64,000 bases of DNA, taken from positions 17,831,101 through 17,895,100 of the forward strand of contig NC_134025.1 of NCBI RefSeq assembly GCF_964204645.1, read 5' to 3'. This document shows positions 1 to 12,555 of this stretch, in pieces (position 1 is the stretch's first letter; the number at the start of each line of letters is the position of its first letter). Under the pieces are notes generated by a model, which was given only the letters and a program-made list of their open reading frames with translations, was not told the origin of the DNA and searched no databases. The stretch comes from Tubulanus polymorphus (lineage: Eukaryota; Animalia; Nemertea). Made by a program: the position numbers and the translations under genes.

Positions 1-1201
1 CACATATCAGAGGGTGGCTGAATATTGGGTCTTGGAAACCTCTTCCAATTTTGGCCGCGGAAGCTAAAATACCGGCACAGAAGAAATCAGCTATTAGATC
101 GTTTTAAATCCTGGAATTTACCACTACAATATTCAGACCTCGACAGACCTTATAGTTTGCTGCTTAAGTATTTTCAGGTCATATGAAATTACAATTTATT
201 ACAAATTCTATCGAACAGAAAACACAGCGTTCATCTTCTGCTACGATTATTCAGCCCATTTTCATGTCAAACGTGCACGCGTTACAGCATCACCCTTAGT
301 AGTGTACTGTACGAGATGGTCAAACTTTTCCTGTTTGAATATGAGTACAACCAGCACGGTGTTGTCATATCGGGGAATCACAGAACCGAGAATTTTCAAA
401 AAACACGGAATTTCTTCATTTTCACTATAGGCCTACATAGTAACCTTGTAAACCACGGGATACCCCTTGTTGGGCAAGGCACCGGATGCATGTTTCCATT
501 ACTGCTACCTGGTAGGCCTATGTGATGATCTATTACTATCATCACTCAACAAATTAACAATACATCCAAAGGAGAAAATGGAGAACCTACGTAGGCAATT
601 AATCTATCAACATTGACTGCTGACCCGATCACAGTAACTCGTGCATTGGGCCTACACTCAAGGCAGTATGTCGGTTAAGACCGCATCTACGATTTCTGCG
701 AATGTTACCATTAATAAACCTTTAACTAATTTAATAAATGCTGCATTGTAAAATGGATATAAAACGATGGTTTATTTAGACTGCACTGTTTCACTGGTCG
801 TATTCAGACAAACTGAAGTATGTTTTTATACTGTCAATAGAAATATCCCAAAATGAACGAGGTCAGATGAAAACAAATACACATTATGCATATTCTGGCT
901 TTGGATTTTTAATGCATCTCGTGCATGTATATTCTGATTAATGTGAGTGTGGTGTATCTAGAAGAGTTAATAAAAGTTGAATGATATGAAAGATTATATA
1001 TAAAATGGTTTCTTTTTTTAACTCTGTTATTTGTGACGAGAAAGCTGTTACCTAGTTGCTTCTCCTTGTTGATTCCTTGGGTTTAAAAAACCGTATCATT
1101 GATACTAGATGGTGGTTTCTATCAAAATTATTTTTAAGGAATCGCGGTACATAGTTGGTAGTAGCACATATCACGTTTGCAGGCATCTGAAACTATGGTC
1201 G

Positions 1202-2324
1202 AAACTAGAACGTGCTACTAAGATTGCAACTAGGGGTCCAGGGACACCATGCCCACTTGGGAAGTGGTTTCCAATGCTCAACAATATAACAATTTCAAAA
1301 TTCAACGCCCCTGATGACCATACACAAAAACAAATGACCTTGAAACTCACTACAATCATTGAACATGTCAGCAGCTACGATTTTGTAATTGATTGTGATA
1401 ACAAAATATGCCTCGTTACCAATTTAATATGGAAATACTGAGTAATTCTACTCTTAAATGCCCCCTGGTGACCATATGCAAAACCCAATGACCTTGAAAC
1501 TCACCACAATAATAGAACATGTCATGAACTACAACTTTGCAATTGATCATGGTAACAAAATATGCCTAGCTACCAATCTAATAAGGAAATACTAAGTTAT
1601 TCTACTATTCAACACCCCCTGGTGACCATATAGAATAACTAATGTCCTTAAAACTCACCACAATCATAGACAATGTCATGAGCTACAACTGTGATTGTGG
1701 TAACAAAATATGCTTAAGTATCGATATAATGTGGAAAAACTTTTCCCCACCTACGAATGAGTACTGATGATACCAAGATGGCCGCCAATTGTGTCATAAT
1801 TGGCTGATGAAAAATACCTGTCTCAGGTATAAAACATCCCTTCCCAAAGAATACCCATCACAAATTGTAATGAGAAATGGCAAACCAGTAGGAAGCTACA
1901 GGACTCAGAATTTGGGCCAAAATTGACATTTTTGGGCACTAAAAAGGTCATAGGACGGCCATCTTGAGTCCGATCGACCCAATTTTTCATAAGGTGATGG
2001 GCCCTTGGGGGATTCAAATATATACGAAAGATCAAGGTAATTGATTAAAGCGTCTTCAAAATTTCCCTCAAAAAGTGTAAAAAGTGCTGATTTTGGCGAA
2101 CAACAATGGCTGCCAGTCGGCCATCTTGAATCTGACAGGACCAGTTTTTGGGCTGAAGATGTGTCTAGAGTAGATACATGTATAAACCAAATATCAAGAC
2201 GTAACCGTAAAGCGTCTTCTAAACTTCCCTAAATAACTGGATAAAATAACTCGTCTACGGACGGACGACGGACGAAAAGTGAACACAATAGCCCGCTGGG
2301 ACTTAGTCCCAAGTGGGCTAAAAA
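1202..2324. mobile_element. Non-autonomous Helentron/HINE-type element with internal tandem repeats
   Basis: A-rich start (aaactagaa), three ~154-bp internal repeats, a GACG microsatellite (2259-2275) and a terminal hairpin tagcccgctgggac-ttag-tcccaagtgggcta followed by an A tract. This matches HINE/DINE-1-like architecture. Confidence 0.6.
1301..1735 (+). repeat. ~154-bp tandem repeat, about 3 copies
   Basis: Units start near 1301, 1454 and 1608 and share ccccTGgTGACCATA...tGAccTTGAAACTCACcACAAT...GAACATGTCA...TAACAAAATATGC. Confidence 0.85.
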
Positions 2325-4571
2325 CGATCAAAACATTTCATGTGGTAGACGCGCAAAATTTCTACAGCCTCCGCACGATTGCAAGGTCACCTTAAGATCT
2401 AACGTTTTTACCACTAGGGAAACGCCAAAAACCAGGAAGCTATGTTCAGATTGTAAACAATTGCTTCAGTCCCAATGAAAATGAAAACAAGTCATTAAAC
2501 GTGGTACAATATGGTCTTTTTTACTGTTTTTTTTTTATTCCTACAATATTATATTCATTATTTCATCATGTTGAGTCGCTTTTCTGATGATTATCTCGGT
2601 TCTTTTGATGGGAAAAATTGAATTTGTGTATGAATTTTTAAAATCAGTCCATTTTATCCTTATCTTCCCGACATTCAACAACAACTTGTGGTCAGTGCAA
2701 TTCGGTGTTAAGTAGGTTTATAGCCAAGACATTATTTAGGCATTCAATTGTCCATAAGTGTGCCTTGGGCCTAGCGCCTGGCGTAAGGTGTGAATTTTTT
2801 ATCATGATTGTTGAAAATGTCTCGGGTCTGGGAACCTTTTTCCTTCCAGCGCGCCATTTTTTTATTTTGTTGGTTTACCTAAATCCTGTTTGGTAAGTAC
2901 TATTGGTCTGAGCTCCCTTGAATCTTTGAGTTGACTTTAATTTCTTACATATCCTGGCACTTTCACCCTATCTCTCAATTCTGTTTCTCTTTATTTTTGC
3001 TCATGTAAAAGATAGTAACATTGTTCATTTCCATGGAAATGTTGATCAATGGAAATGTTGATCAAGATGAACTGAACAACAATTTCGTAATTGACTTATA
3101 TCGCCATGCTTCTCATAAAATTCCACTCGATCTCATACACCAAGGGCTCATCGTACATTTTAAAAAGGAAAAGGAAGAATATCCGAGTTCACATTTCTCA
3201 AAACAAAATTAAAATCAAAGACTTCGAGTAAAAATTTACCAGCAAAATCTGCAAAAGTCTGGAGAGACCATCGTCAAATGCACTATTCGTAAAGTCATCG
3301 ACTTGTTTCGTAATGACCAAACTGGTTGCTATGAACAGCTAATCACTTTCCTTAAAATGAAAGAGACAGAGAAATATCCAGATGATGTATACTTGAGTAA
3401 CACATTTTGAGAACAACAGGCTGAAAACAGAATATTTGACCGAAGATATTTTCCAGAATGGTGGCCTTTGGAATTCTGCTGAAACTATGGAAACAAATCT
3501 AGCGCCAATGGGTAAACCTGCGAAATTAAAGGCTGTAAAAAATTAAATCTAGGCTATAAGAAGAAATATCTTGGGACAACAAATTGAAGCAAAGATCTCA
3601 TATACGAAATCCTCGTTAGAAGATTTGAAATCATATCTCTTGAATTTATTACAATCGAAAATTGAGAAAGAACATATGTATGAAATACTCACCGAAAAAT
3701 CAAGCACTTTTACCGGGGCGATCATTCGAAAATAGTAGAATATAATGGAGAAATAACATCTATCAAAAACGATGAGTATGAATCGCTGTATGAAGGATAT
3801 AATGACAAGTTTTACATGCAGCTAGATGAGTGTATCAGCGACATATTCTCAGGTCTTCTGATATTGGTGTAACATGATTGAATTAACACCGACTCTTTTA
3901 TTATTTAACTTTTAAATGTAAATACTTAAGCGGATTATTTGAAACATTCAGTGGATTGGATTTGTGTTAGGCATAATGGAATTTACTCATGGATTAGTGA
4001 CATTTACAATGGCTTTAATTGTGGATGTTCTAAAATTCCTATAATGTACTATTCAGTATTATTACACACAGATTTCCACCATTCCCTAGTTGCCATGGTA
4101 ACTGCTATAACTGTTACTATGGTTAAATGGCAGGTACAATCCTGACAAGTCCCAACTCAAAGGCTAAGCATTACACTTAGCCTCACGTGTGACTTTCAGC
4201 TGTTTTTGTTGCAAGAAACTGAACTTTTGTTATCTTTCCCTTGTTGCTACGGGTGTTGCTATGGTAACATGGGTGTCACTATAGCAAAGTGGAAATTATC
4301 TAGGGTGTTTTGTCGTTACTCTTTCTCTATAACTTTTAAAGAGTTTGCATTGCTATCGGTCTGTTACCCCTATTGAAAAACACTTTTCTCTACTGAAAAT
4401 AAGAAGCGAAATATCGCAGATTTTGGAACCTTCAAAATGAAAATGCTCGGTAACCGTTGGGCGGATTTTCAAAAATAAGGGCATTTTAGAATCATCTTCA
4501 AGCCAGCTTTCCATTTAAATCAATTGTTTTATGAATTACAGACTTTGAAATTTCTGTGAACCTGCCTACCT

Positions 4572-4795
4572 AACTCAAATCTCGACATAAAAATAATTCG
4601 GAAATTCGACATGAATATAAACTCGAATTTCGACTTAATTAACTCAAAATTCGAGTAAATTAACTTGAAATTCGACTTATTAAGTCAAATTTTGACTTAT
4701 TATGTCAAATTTCGACTTATTAAGTCGAATTTTGACATAATAACTCGAAATTGAAGATAATAAGTCGAAATTCGACATGATAAGTTGAAATTGTG
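4572..4795. repeat. ~21-bp quasi-palindromic minisatellite
   Basis: About 10 degenerate copies of aaattcgacttattaagtcga. Confidence 0.75.
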
Positions 4796-4911
4796 AAAAA
4801 ATTATCTCGTAAGGCCTAAGTCACCTACTAAAGTCTATTTATTTTTGATCGTCCACGATCTTTTTGGGATATTTCACTTAATTTTGGGTGTGCATAGGTA
4901 CCTCAAATAAG

Positions 4912-6108
4912 CCTAATCGAATCAGTAGAGTTGTGCAGTCTAGATAAATCATCGTTTTGATATCCATTTTGTACCAAGTTGAAGGATTGATGAATATTCT
5001 TGAAAATTGAGCTTTAAATCGGCAAGAGACCGCCATTTTGTTCCAGTTTGTTTACTTCTTAATGCAAATGAGCAGTGTGAAGCCTACCATGTGATCTAGG
5101 AAAGTTTATTTTTTACGGGGTGAGTGCATTGCTCGCACGTGTTTCACTACCCGGGCACGGCCGCATTGGTTGCGCTATCATAGGCCTAAATCATTTCCTA
5201 ACAGCATTGTTTTGATAGCTTTGACAAAGCCATGTTTATTTACTAAAACAGCTTTCTAGGGTAATATTGTGAGTCATTGATTGGTCTCATGGCGACAAGA
5301 AGCTGCTTCATCCATGATATACCGTAAAAACCGGCGTATAAGTCTATGCGGCGTATAAGTCGAGGTCGATTTTTAGACCTACATTTCATGATTTTAACAT
5401 ATATCCGGCTTATAAGTCGAGTCCCTTCTCTTAGAAGAATAATTACTAGTATCATTGTATTGAATAGTTTGTTTTGATAAGGATGTGTGCCTTTACGTGC
5501 GTCAGCCTGATTGCTGCTGTGTGTTAATCAATAGACTGTTACACACACTCAGGTATAATACACTACCATACAGTCAGACAGTAGTGTGAGTCACATGCTA
5601 TAGGCCTATATAGCCTAATGTATTAAGCGCTGCTATGAGCGCGCATATATGAATACATGGTTTTAAATAAAGCTGTGTCAAAATGAAAGAAGTTTTTTTC
5701 ATTAAATAACTTTATTTATCATGAATAATTATTCAAACTGTTATAGCAGTAAGAAGATGAACACTGTCTTTTTTGTCTGGTAGAATCAATATTTCTTGTG
5801 ACCTGAAAATACTTCGTAGAAAACTGTACTCGGCGTATAAGTCGAGGTCAATAATTTAGTGGTAAAATCAGGGGTTAAAAACTCGACTTATACGCCGGTT
5901 TTTACGGTAATTGAAGCATCCCCGCCTCATTGCGCATGTGTGCAATGCCTCATTTGCATAAAGAAATAAGCAAATATGCACAAAATGGCGGTCTTTCTCG
6001 CCGATTTAAAGCTCAATTTTCGAGAAGATTCATCAATCCTTCTAAACAGTGTAAAATGAATCTAAAAACGATGATTTATCTGGACTGCACAACTCTGATT
6101 CGATTAAG
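4912..6108. mobile_element. MITE with ~130-bp imperfect TIRs (host of a nested MITE)
   Basis: ctaatcgaatcag...gaccgccattttg (4913-5040) is the reverse complement of caaaatggcggtc...ctgattcgattaag (5981-6108). Confidence 0.75.
5322..5907. mobile_element. Tc1/mariner-pogo-type MITE
   Basis: TIR CCGTAAAAACCGGCGTATAAGTC at 5322 and its reverse complement ending at 5907; TA on both sides; subterminal repeats of CGGCGTATAAGTCGAG. Confidence 0.85.
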
Positions 6109-6302
6109 ACCACAGGGACCTGACAAAAAAAAATTTTGACCCCAGTATCCTAGGTACTATAGGCCTATATAAAAAAAACAAGGGAGCCAACTCTCCGTCA
6201 GATCGGTCGATAGGTATGTCACTTCAACAGTTCGTAACTTCGTTATTGATGATCCAATCCGATTATTATTCTTAAAGATAGGCCTAATGAATTTCTGCGT
6301 TA

Positions 6303-7150
6303 GACTGGGTGGTTTGAGAAAGATTAGAGTGCCTCTGAGATTGTTAAATCGTGCGATTAATCCGAAAAAATCGGCAAAATCCGTCTGTACCGCACCAGCC
6401 TGGAAGTAAATACGACCATGATTTTTTAAAACAAACAGCGCTTTCGACCAGAAATTCTGAACCGATTTTTTAGAAACGAGGACTTTTTGGAAAGATTGGA
6501 CCCTGAACTTACTTCTGAATATCGTTATTTCCGTTTTAATTGATAATCCTGTTCATAGGGAATATAAAACCAGGCCGAGATTGAAAAACGGCTCCTCTCA
6601 TTACCGCAGTCGCCGCATGGTGGTGCCAGCTGATAAGTACCGCACTCAATGCTCTAACGCGATGTTTTCTAATCACAGTTTTGCACATTTCAAGAATAAC
6701 TACAACGCGCAACAAATATTCCTAGATTAATTACATAAATGTAAGATATTTTGTCTAATTTGCGATGTGTTTCCGCGTCAAAAGTGTTTTATTTGAATTC
6801 TCAATTTTCGTATTAAGTGCGGAGCTATGATTAATGGCCGCCGTGTCGCGATTTTGAAACCCGTTTTCAATCTCGGTCAAATTTTGCGTTCGCTACAGAC
6901 AGATTATCATTTTAATCAGAAATAACCATATGCAGAGGTAAGATCCGAGTCTAAGCTTTCCAAAAAGCCCTCATTTGTAAAAATCGGTTCAGAATTTCTG
7001 TTCGAAAGTGCCGTTTGTTTTCAAAAATCATGGTCATATTTACTTCCAGGCTGGTTGGTGTGGTACAGACGGATTTTGCTGATTTTTTCGGATTAATCAA
7101 ACGAATTAATAATCTCAAAGCCCTTCAAATCTTTCTCAAACCACCCAGTC
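6303..7150. mobile_element. MITE/foldback element with ~285-bp imperfect TIRs
   Basis: gactgggtggtttgagaaaga...gagattgaaaaacgg (6303-6590) mirrors ccgttttcaatctcgg...tctttctcaaaccacccagtc (6861-7150). Confidence 0.8.
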
Positions 7151-7282
7151 GGTGCGATTCAAGAATAGGGGACTATAGCAATATATATGTAGTGATAGTA
7201 ATCAATTAAGTAATAATATTAGTAATTGATAATGATGATAGGCCTATATAATGATAGTAATGTAATAGTAATTAATGATGAT

Positions 7283-7515
7283 TGTTGAGTTATGTTCTCA
7301 ATTTACTCATCTTAGTGTGAGAGATTGTTTATTGTTTATATACCTGGTGGATGCTGCATGTAACCAAGACACACATCTGTTTGTAATTATTCTTGCATCT
7401 CTTTGTATTGTGGTTAAATAAAGATTAGTACGAGTCAGATAGTCAACGAAAGAAGACGTGTTATAGTTTCTCTGCTCAAGGATTTTCCCCCATCATGGAA
7501 GGACAAAACCCAACA
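7283..7515 (+). repeat. 5' LTR
   Basis: TGTTGAG...CCCAACA; 3 mismatches seen against the 3' LTR. Confidence 0.95.
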
Positions 7516-10500
7516 GGTTATGGGCCCAGGACACCAGCTGGACGCTATGGTCGACTTTATTACGATGGGGATGAAAGAAAATACGAACAATGGGAGGCAA
7601 AGTTTTTGGCATATATGAAAATACAAAAACTTAAAGCGGTAATTACCCAAGAAGCGGAAATTGATGATACGGACCTGGATTTAGTCGACAAAAATGAACA
7701 GGCGTACGCAGAACTCATACAGCTACTTGACGACAGGAGTCTGAGCCTGGTAATGCGTGAAGCTGCAGATGACGGTCGAAAAGCATTGGCGATTCTGCGA
7801 CGTCATTACCAAAATGAGGGAAAACCGAGGATCATTTCTCTTTATACGGAACTGACCTCACTAGTCATGAAGCCAAGTGAAAGTGTGACGGACTATATAA
7901 TCCGCGCAGAAACGGCAGCAACAGCTTTAAAAACTGCCAAGGAGAACATAAGCGATAGCTTATTAATCGCGATGGTCCTAAAAGGTTTGCCGGATAGTTA
8001 TAAACCTTTTGTGGCGATAATCACGCAGAAAGACGATGCCCAAACGTTCTTGGACTTTAAAAACGCCCTCAGAAGATTTGAGGAGACCGAAAAAGCGAGG
8101 AAAGATACGGCAGAATCATCAGATGATCATGTGATGAAAAACAGAAGTTTTCCCGCCAAAAATGTCAAGGACAGTCAAAATAGCGGGAATAGTAGTGGCC
8201 CTAAGTGTTTCAGATGTGGAAAGATTGGGCATTACAAAAAGGACTGCTACGCAAAATATTGTTCTACATGTAAGTCCAATACCCATACTGATGAAAATTG
8301 TCGCGCACAAAACCGCGGGAAAAACAACGGTCGAAGAGATAGATTTCATCGAGCGAAAGATGACGCCCGATCATCAGATGACGACGGTAACGAACATTCA
8401 TTCTCATTTCTATATAAAGCTGGGTGTTATTATAGAAAAATTCCTGATGTGAAATCTCAAAATATGCACATCCCGGTGAATGAAGATGCCCTGAAATCGT
8501 GTTCGAGCCGAAAGAAGAATTCAGATGATATGTTGGTGGATTGTGGAGCTACGTCTCATATACTTACGGACTTTGGATTATTCACGAAATTTAATGAAAC
8601 ATTTGTGCCGGAAAAACACACAATTGAACTGGCTAATGGAGAGCGCTCAACAAATGTGGCCGAAAAATGTGGAGATGCAGTAATTAATTTGAAAAACTCT
8701 GACGGAATAAACGTGAAATTCGAACTCAAAGATGCTCTGTATGTCCCGAGTTATCCGCAGGACATTCTATCCGTTCGCGCTGTGACAAAAGAAGGAGCAA
8801 CAGTCACATTCCGTCCCGAGAATGCAAATCTCAAGTTCAAAGGTAACATTTTTAACATTCATATGTCAGATAGATTGTATTATCTTAGTACTGTGGATCA
8901 AAATGATTGTGATTATGTTAGCATCACTCGTGACCTTCAAAGTTGGCACGAGGTCTTAGGTCATTGTAATTATGAAGATGTAATTTCATTAGAGCATGTA
9001 GTCGATGGTATGAAAATCAAAGGTGTCACAAAAATCCCCGATGGTTGTATTGTGTGTACTATGGGAAAGCAAACGTGTGGTCGGAGTAGAGAGGCAAGGG
9101 CTAAATCCAAAGCTCGCCTAGATTTAGTGCATACTGATTTGGCAGGGCCAATTGAACCGGTATCCACTGAGGGATTCAAGTATGCGATTTCCTTTACTGA
9201 CGACTATTCAGGGGCTGTGTCTGTATATTTCCTAAAAGCAAAAAGTAACACGACTGAGAATTTCTGTCTAATTCATTCAAGTCACTTATGAGTAGAAATC
9301 GCATAAGACACGATACCAGCGCCCCCTATAGTCCTCATCAAAATGGTGTTAGTGAAAGGCATTGGAGAACACTATTCTCTATGGGTAGATGCCTGTTATT
9401 TCAGTCTGAGCTGCCAAAAGAAATGTGGCCGTATGCAGTTATGGCGGCAGGTTATATTAGAAACAGGTGCTACAATAACCGGTTGAAAAAGACACCATTT
9501 CAAGCAGTCACAGGTAGAAAACCTAATGTGTCAAATATGCAATCTTTTGGGTGCAGGTGTTTTGCCTACCAACAAAAGAAAACCAAGTTAGACTCAAGAT
9601 GTGTTGAAGGTATTTTTGTAGGATATGATAAAAACAGCCCATCATATCTGGTGTATTTTCCTGAGACAAACAAAGTTCTGAGGTAGAGGGTTGTGAAGTT
9701 TCACACCAAGAAGTTTGTAGAACAACAAACACAAACAGGTGCACATGATGATGATGTTTCTTTATGTGAGTTTCCAATAATCAAATCTGACACAAATAGC
9801 AGCTCAAATGGTTCCAAAGTTCAACCACAATTAACAACTGTCAGTAACCAAGGGACCAGTAACTCACATGATGAAACTGATGAGTCGAGATACCCCAGGC
9901 GTGAGAGAAAGCCTCCTGCTTATCTCAATGACTATATACGTGATTCAGATTTAGAAAGTTCATGTAACGATGACCATATGTTATTTGTATCGAACTCAAA
10001 TGTAGATTATTTGTGTAAGACTAAAGTTCACCCTGTGAACTATAGTGAGGCAATAGCATCCCCTGAGGCACAGCAGTGGCACTAGGCAATGAAGGAAGAG
10101 ATTAAATCCTTAAAAGAGAATGACACATACTCTTTATGTAAATTGCCAGAGGGTAAACATGCTGTGGGGGGTAGATGGGTTTACACAGTCAAAACAAAAC
10201 CTGATGGATCAGAGCTGTATAAGGCAAGATATGTAGCCAAGGGCTATAGTCAAATTGAAGGGGTTGATTACAAGGAGACTTTTTCTCCTACTGCTAAACT
10301 CACATCTGTTAGAATCCTTATGCAATTAGCAGCTCAAAACAATTTGAAACTTGAACAAATGGATGTTAAAACAGCATACTTGAACGCCCCTATCGACTGT
10401 GAGTTGTACATGGAACAGCCAGAGGGCTTCAGTGTAAAATCAAAAAGTGGTGATAAGTTGTATTGTAAGCTCAACAAATCTCTGTATGGTCTAAAACAAA

Positions 10501-10904
10501 GCGGCAGAAATTGGAATAACTTGCTCCATGATCATTTGATAAACCATGGGTTTGACCAAGGTTTAGTTGACCAATGCCTGTATATAAAATATGTAAATAA
10601 TGAAATGGTGATTATGTTAGTATGGGTTGATGACGTCCTAATTGGTGCAAGTAGAGATGATTTAATGTTTAAAACTAAACAAATGCTGAGCGACAGATTT
10701 AAAATGAAAGACCTGGGGAATATCTCCTGGTTCTTAGGCATTGAATTCGAACAGGGTGACGGTGAAATAACAATGAGTCAGAAAATGTACATAAACAAAA
10801 TCCTTGAAAAATTCCAAATGTCTGATTGCAAACCAAGAAAGACCCCATGTGAACAAAAACTGTCATTTAATGAAAATGCGGAGCGATACGATGCTAAGAA
10901 ATAA
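7495..10904 (+). pseudogene. copia gag-pol polyprotein (disrupted)
   Basis: CCHC knuckle CFRCGKIGHYKKDC, protease LVDCGATSH, integrase HHCC and HTDLAGP, NGVSER, RT YVAKGYSQ, QMDVKTAYLN, LYGLKQSGR, WVDD. Integrase-core deletion with frameshift near 9260, stops at 9684 and 10083, RNase H missing. Confidence 0.95.
7516..7529 (+). promoter_or_regulatory. Primer-binding site (internal tRNA-iMet fragment type)
   Basis: GGTTATGGGCCCAG directly after the LTR, the PBS type known from Drosophila copia. Confidence 0.85.
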
Positions 10905-11279
10905 AGGGAGTGCATACAGATTTTAAGTTGAGAGAGTTTCATCCAAATATTTTTGGTTAGAAAAAACTGCTTTGTTAAAAGTGTACCATTAAACGGCATG
11001 TAAACATTGATGCTACACCCACAATGCTTATAAACACGAAAGCACGTGTTTACTGTGTATAGGGATTTTGTAAATATTGTCAATTATAGTATGCATGGTA
11101 ATAGCGAACATTTTAAAGAGTAGAATATTGACCATTTATGATAGATGATTTAACCAATTACAGATGATTAGTGTTTAATATTTATCTGACGCAAAAGTAA
11201 GATTGCCAAATAATGAATATGTTATGAAATATGAGTTATATGTATTTCAATAATCTATCAATTGAGAATCATGTGGGGG

Positions 11280-11512
11280 TGTTGAGTTATGTTCTCAATT
11301 TACTCATCTTAGTGTGAGAGATTGTTTATTGTTTATATACCGGGTGGATGCTGCATGTAACCAAGACACACATCTGTTTGTAATTATTCTTGCATCTCTT
11401 TGTATTGTGGTTAAATAAAGATTAGTACGAGTCAGATAGTCAACGAAAGAAGACATGTTATAGTTTCTCTGCTCAAGCATTTTCCCCCATCATGGAAGGA
11501 CAAAACCCAACA
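11280..11512 (+). repeat. 3' LTR
   Basis: Direct repeat of 7283-7515, preceded by the purine tract GTGGGGG. Confidence 0.95.
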
Positions 11513-12555
11513 ATGATTAGGGAACTAAACCTAACCCTAACCCTAATCCTAACCACTAGTCCCCTATTCTTGAATCTTCAATCTTTTTGAACTAATTAAT
11601 CATTACCCTTACCATGTTTCCTTTGAAAACGCGTTTTATATTTTGATGATTTTAGTGGAAAGCTTATTAAATTGATTTGAATTTATCGGTCATACTAATT
11701 AGCGTCAATAACGACACAAGGGTAGCTCCGAGAATATCCGAATCAGGCATGAGTTATTCTGCAGAATAGACTGGTTACCGGTCTCTATCTTCAATTAGAG
11801 ACTGTCACAACCCTAGTCTAGTACCTAGCCGTTGTTCCTGAAACAACGTCTAGGGCGAAAGTGCTCATATAAGGTTAATTTTCGTCCCTCATTTTGAGGG
11901 ACGAGGCTTTGAGCGTCTATTTCACCCCTTAAAACACCATCAACTTACCTCAAACTGACTGTTCTGTAATAAGATGGAAGTTAACTATTGATTGTGCATA
12001 CATTTGTAATCCTAAGTAGCTTTTGACGATCGTAGTAGCTCAAAACTTTTGACTAGTCGCCTCAAAAAACAGTTGATGTGAAGCAACATAACAAATATGG
12101 CGGCTTTTCGTGGTGCATGATGGGAGTGTAAATTACGGATTCGAACTTAAACTTGGTGCCAATGCAGATATTATTCTTGTTTCAAATTTTTAAGGTTAAA
12201 ATTGACCAAAATTTATGCGTTTTATCAACAAAAAATAACATTAAGAGTAATTTTAGAGAGACATTGAATTTTCATATTTATTAATTTAGTCCGTATTGGA
12301 AATCCCGATAGTGGCAATCAATTCAATTCAAATCAAATCAATATATTCTCCGGTTCGCGATTTAAATCATCAAAGATTTTATTCTTAAACACGTTTTCAA
12401 AGTCAACAAGGTAACTAATTTATTTATTTTAGTACAAAGGTTTCATTTGACAATAAAATCAGTTGTTGCATTGCAATTAACAGGAGTTAACCTCTATATG
12501 ATACTTTAGCGTCAGACGTTGTACGGAACCGTAACAACGACTGGTATTCAGACTA

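Larger units (their letters stand above)
7283..11512 (+). mobile_element. Ty1/copia LTR retrotransposon, internally deleted
   Basis: Two 233-bp TG...CA LTRs, 5-bp TSD ATGAT (7278-7282 and 11513-11517), PBS and PPT, and gag-PR-INT-RT domain order. Confidence 0.97.

Noticed and set aside
3020-3850. Degraded coding-like, purine-rich stretch
   Set aside because: No recognisable motif in any frame; cannot be assigned without a search.
316-7209. Short ORFs of 60-110 aa
   Set aside because: They lie in repeats, MITEs or featureless DNA and have no protein motifs.
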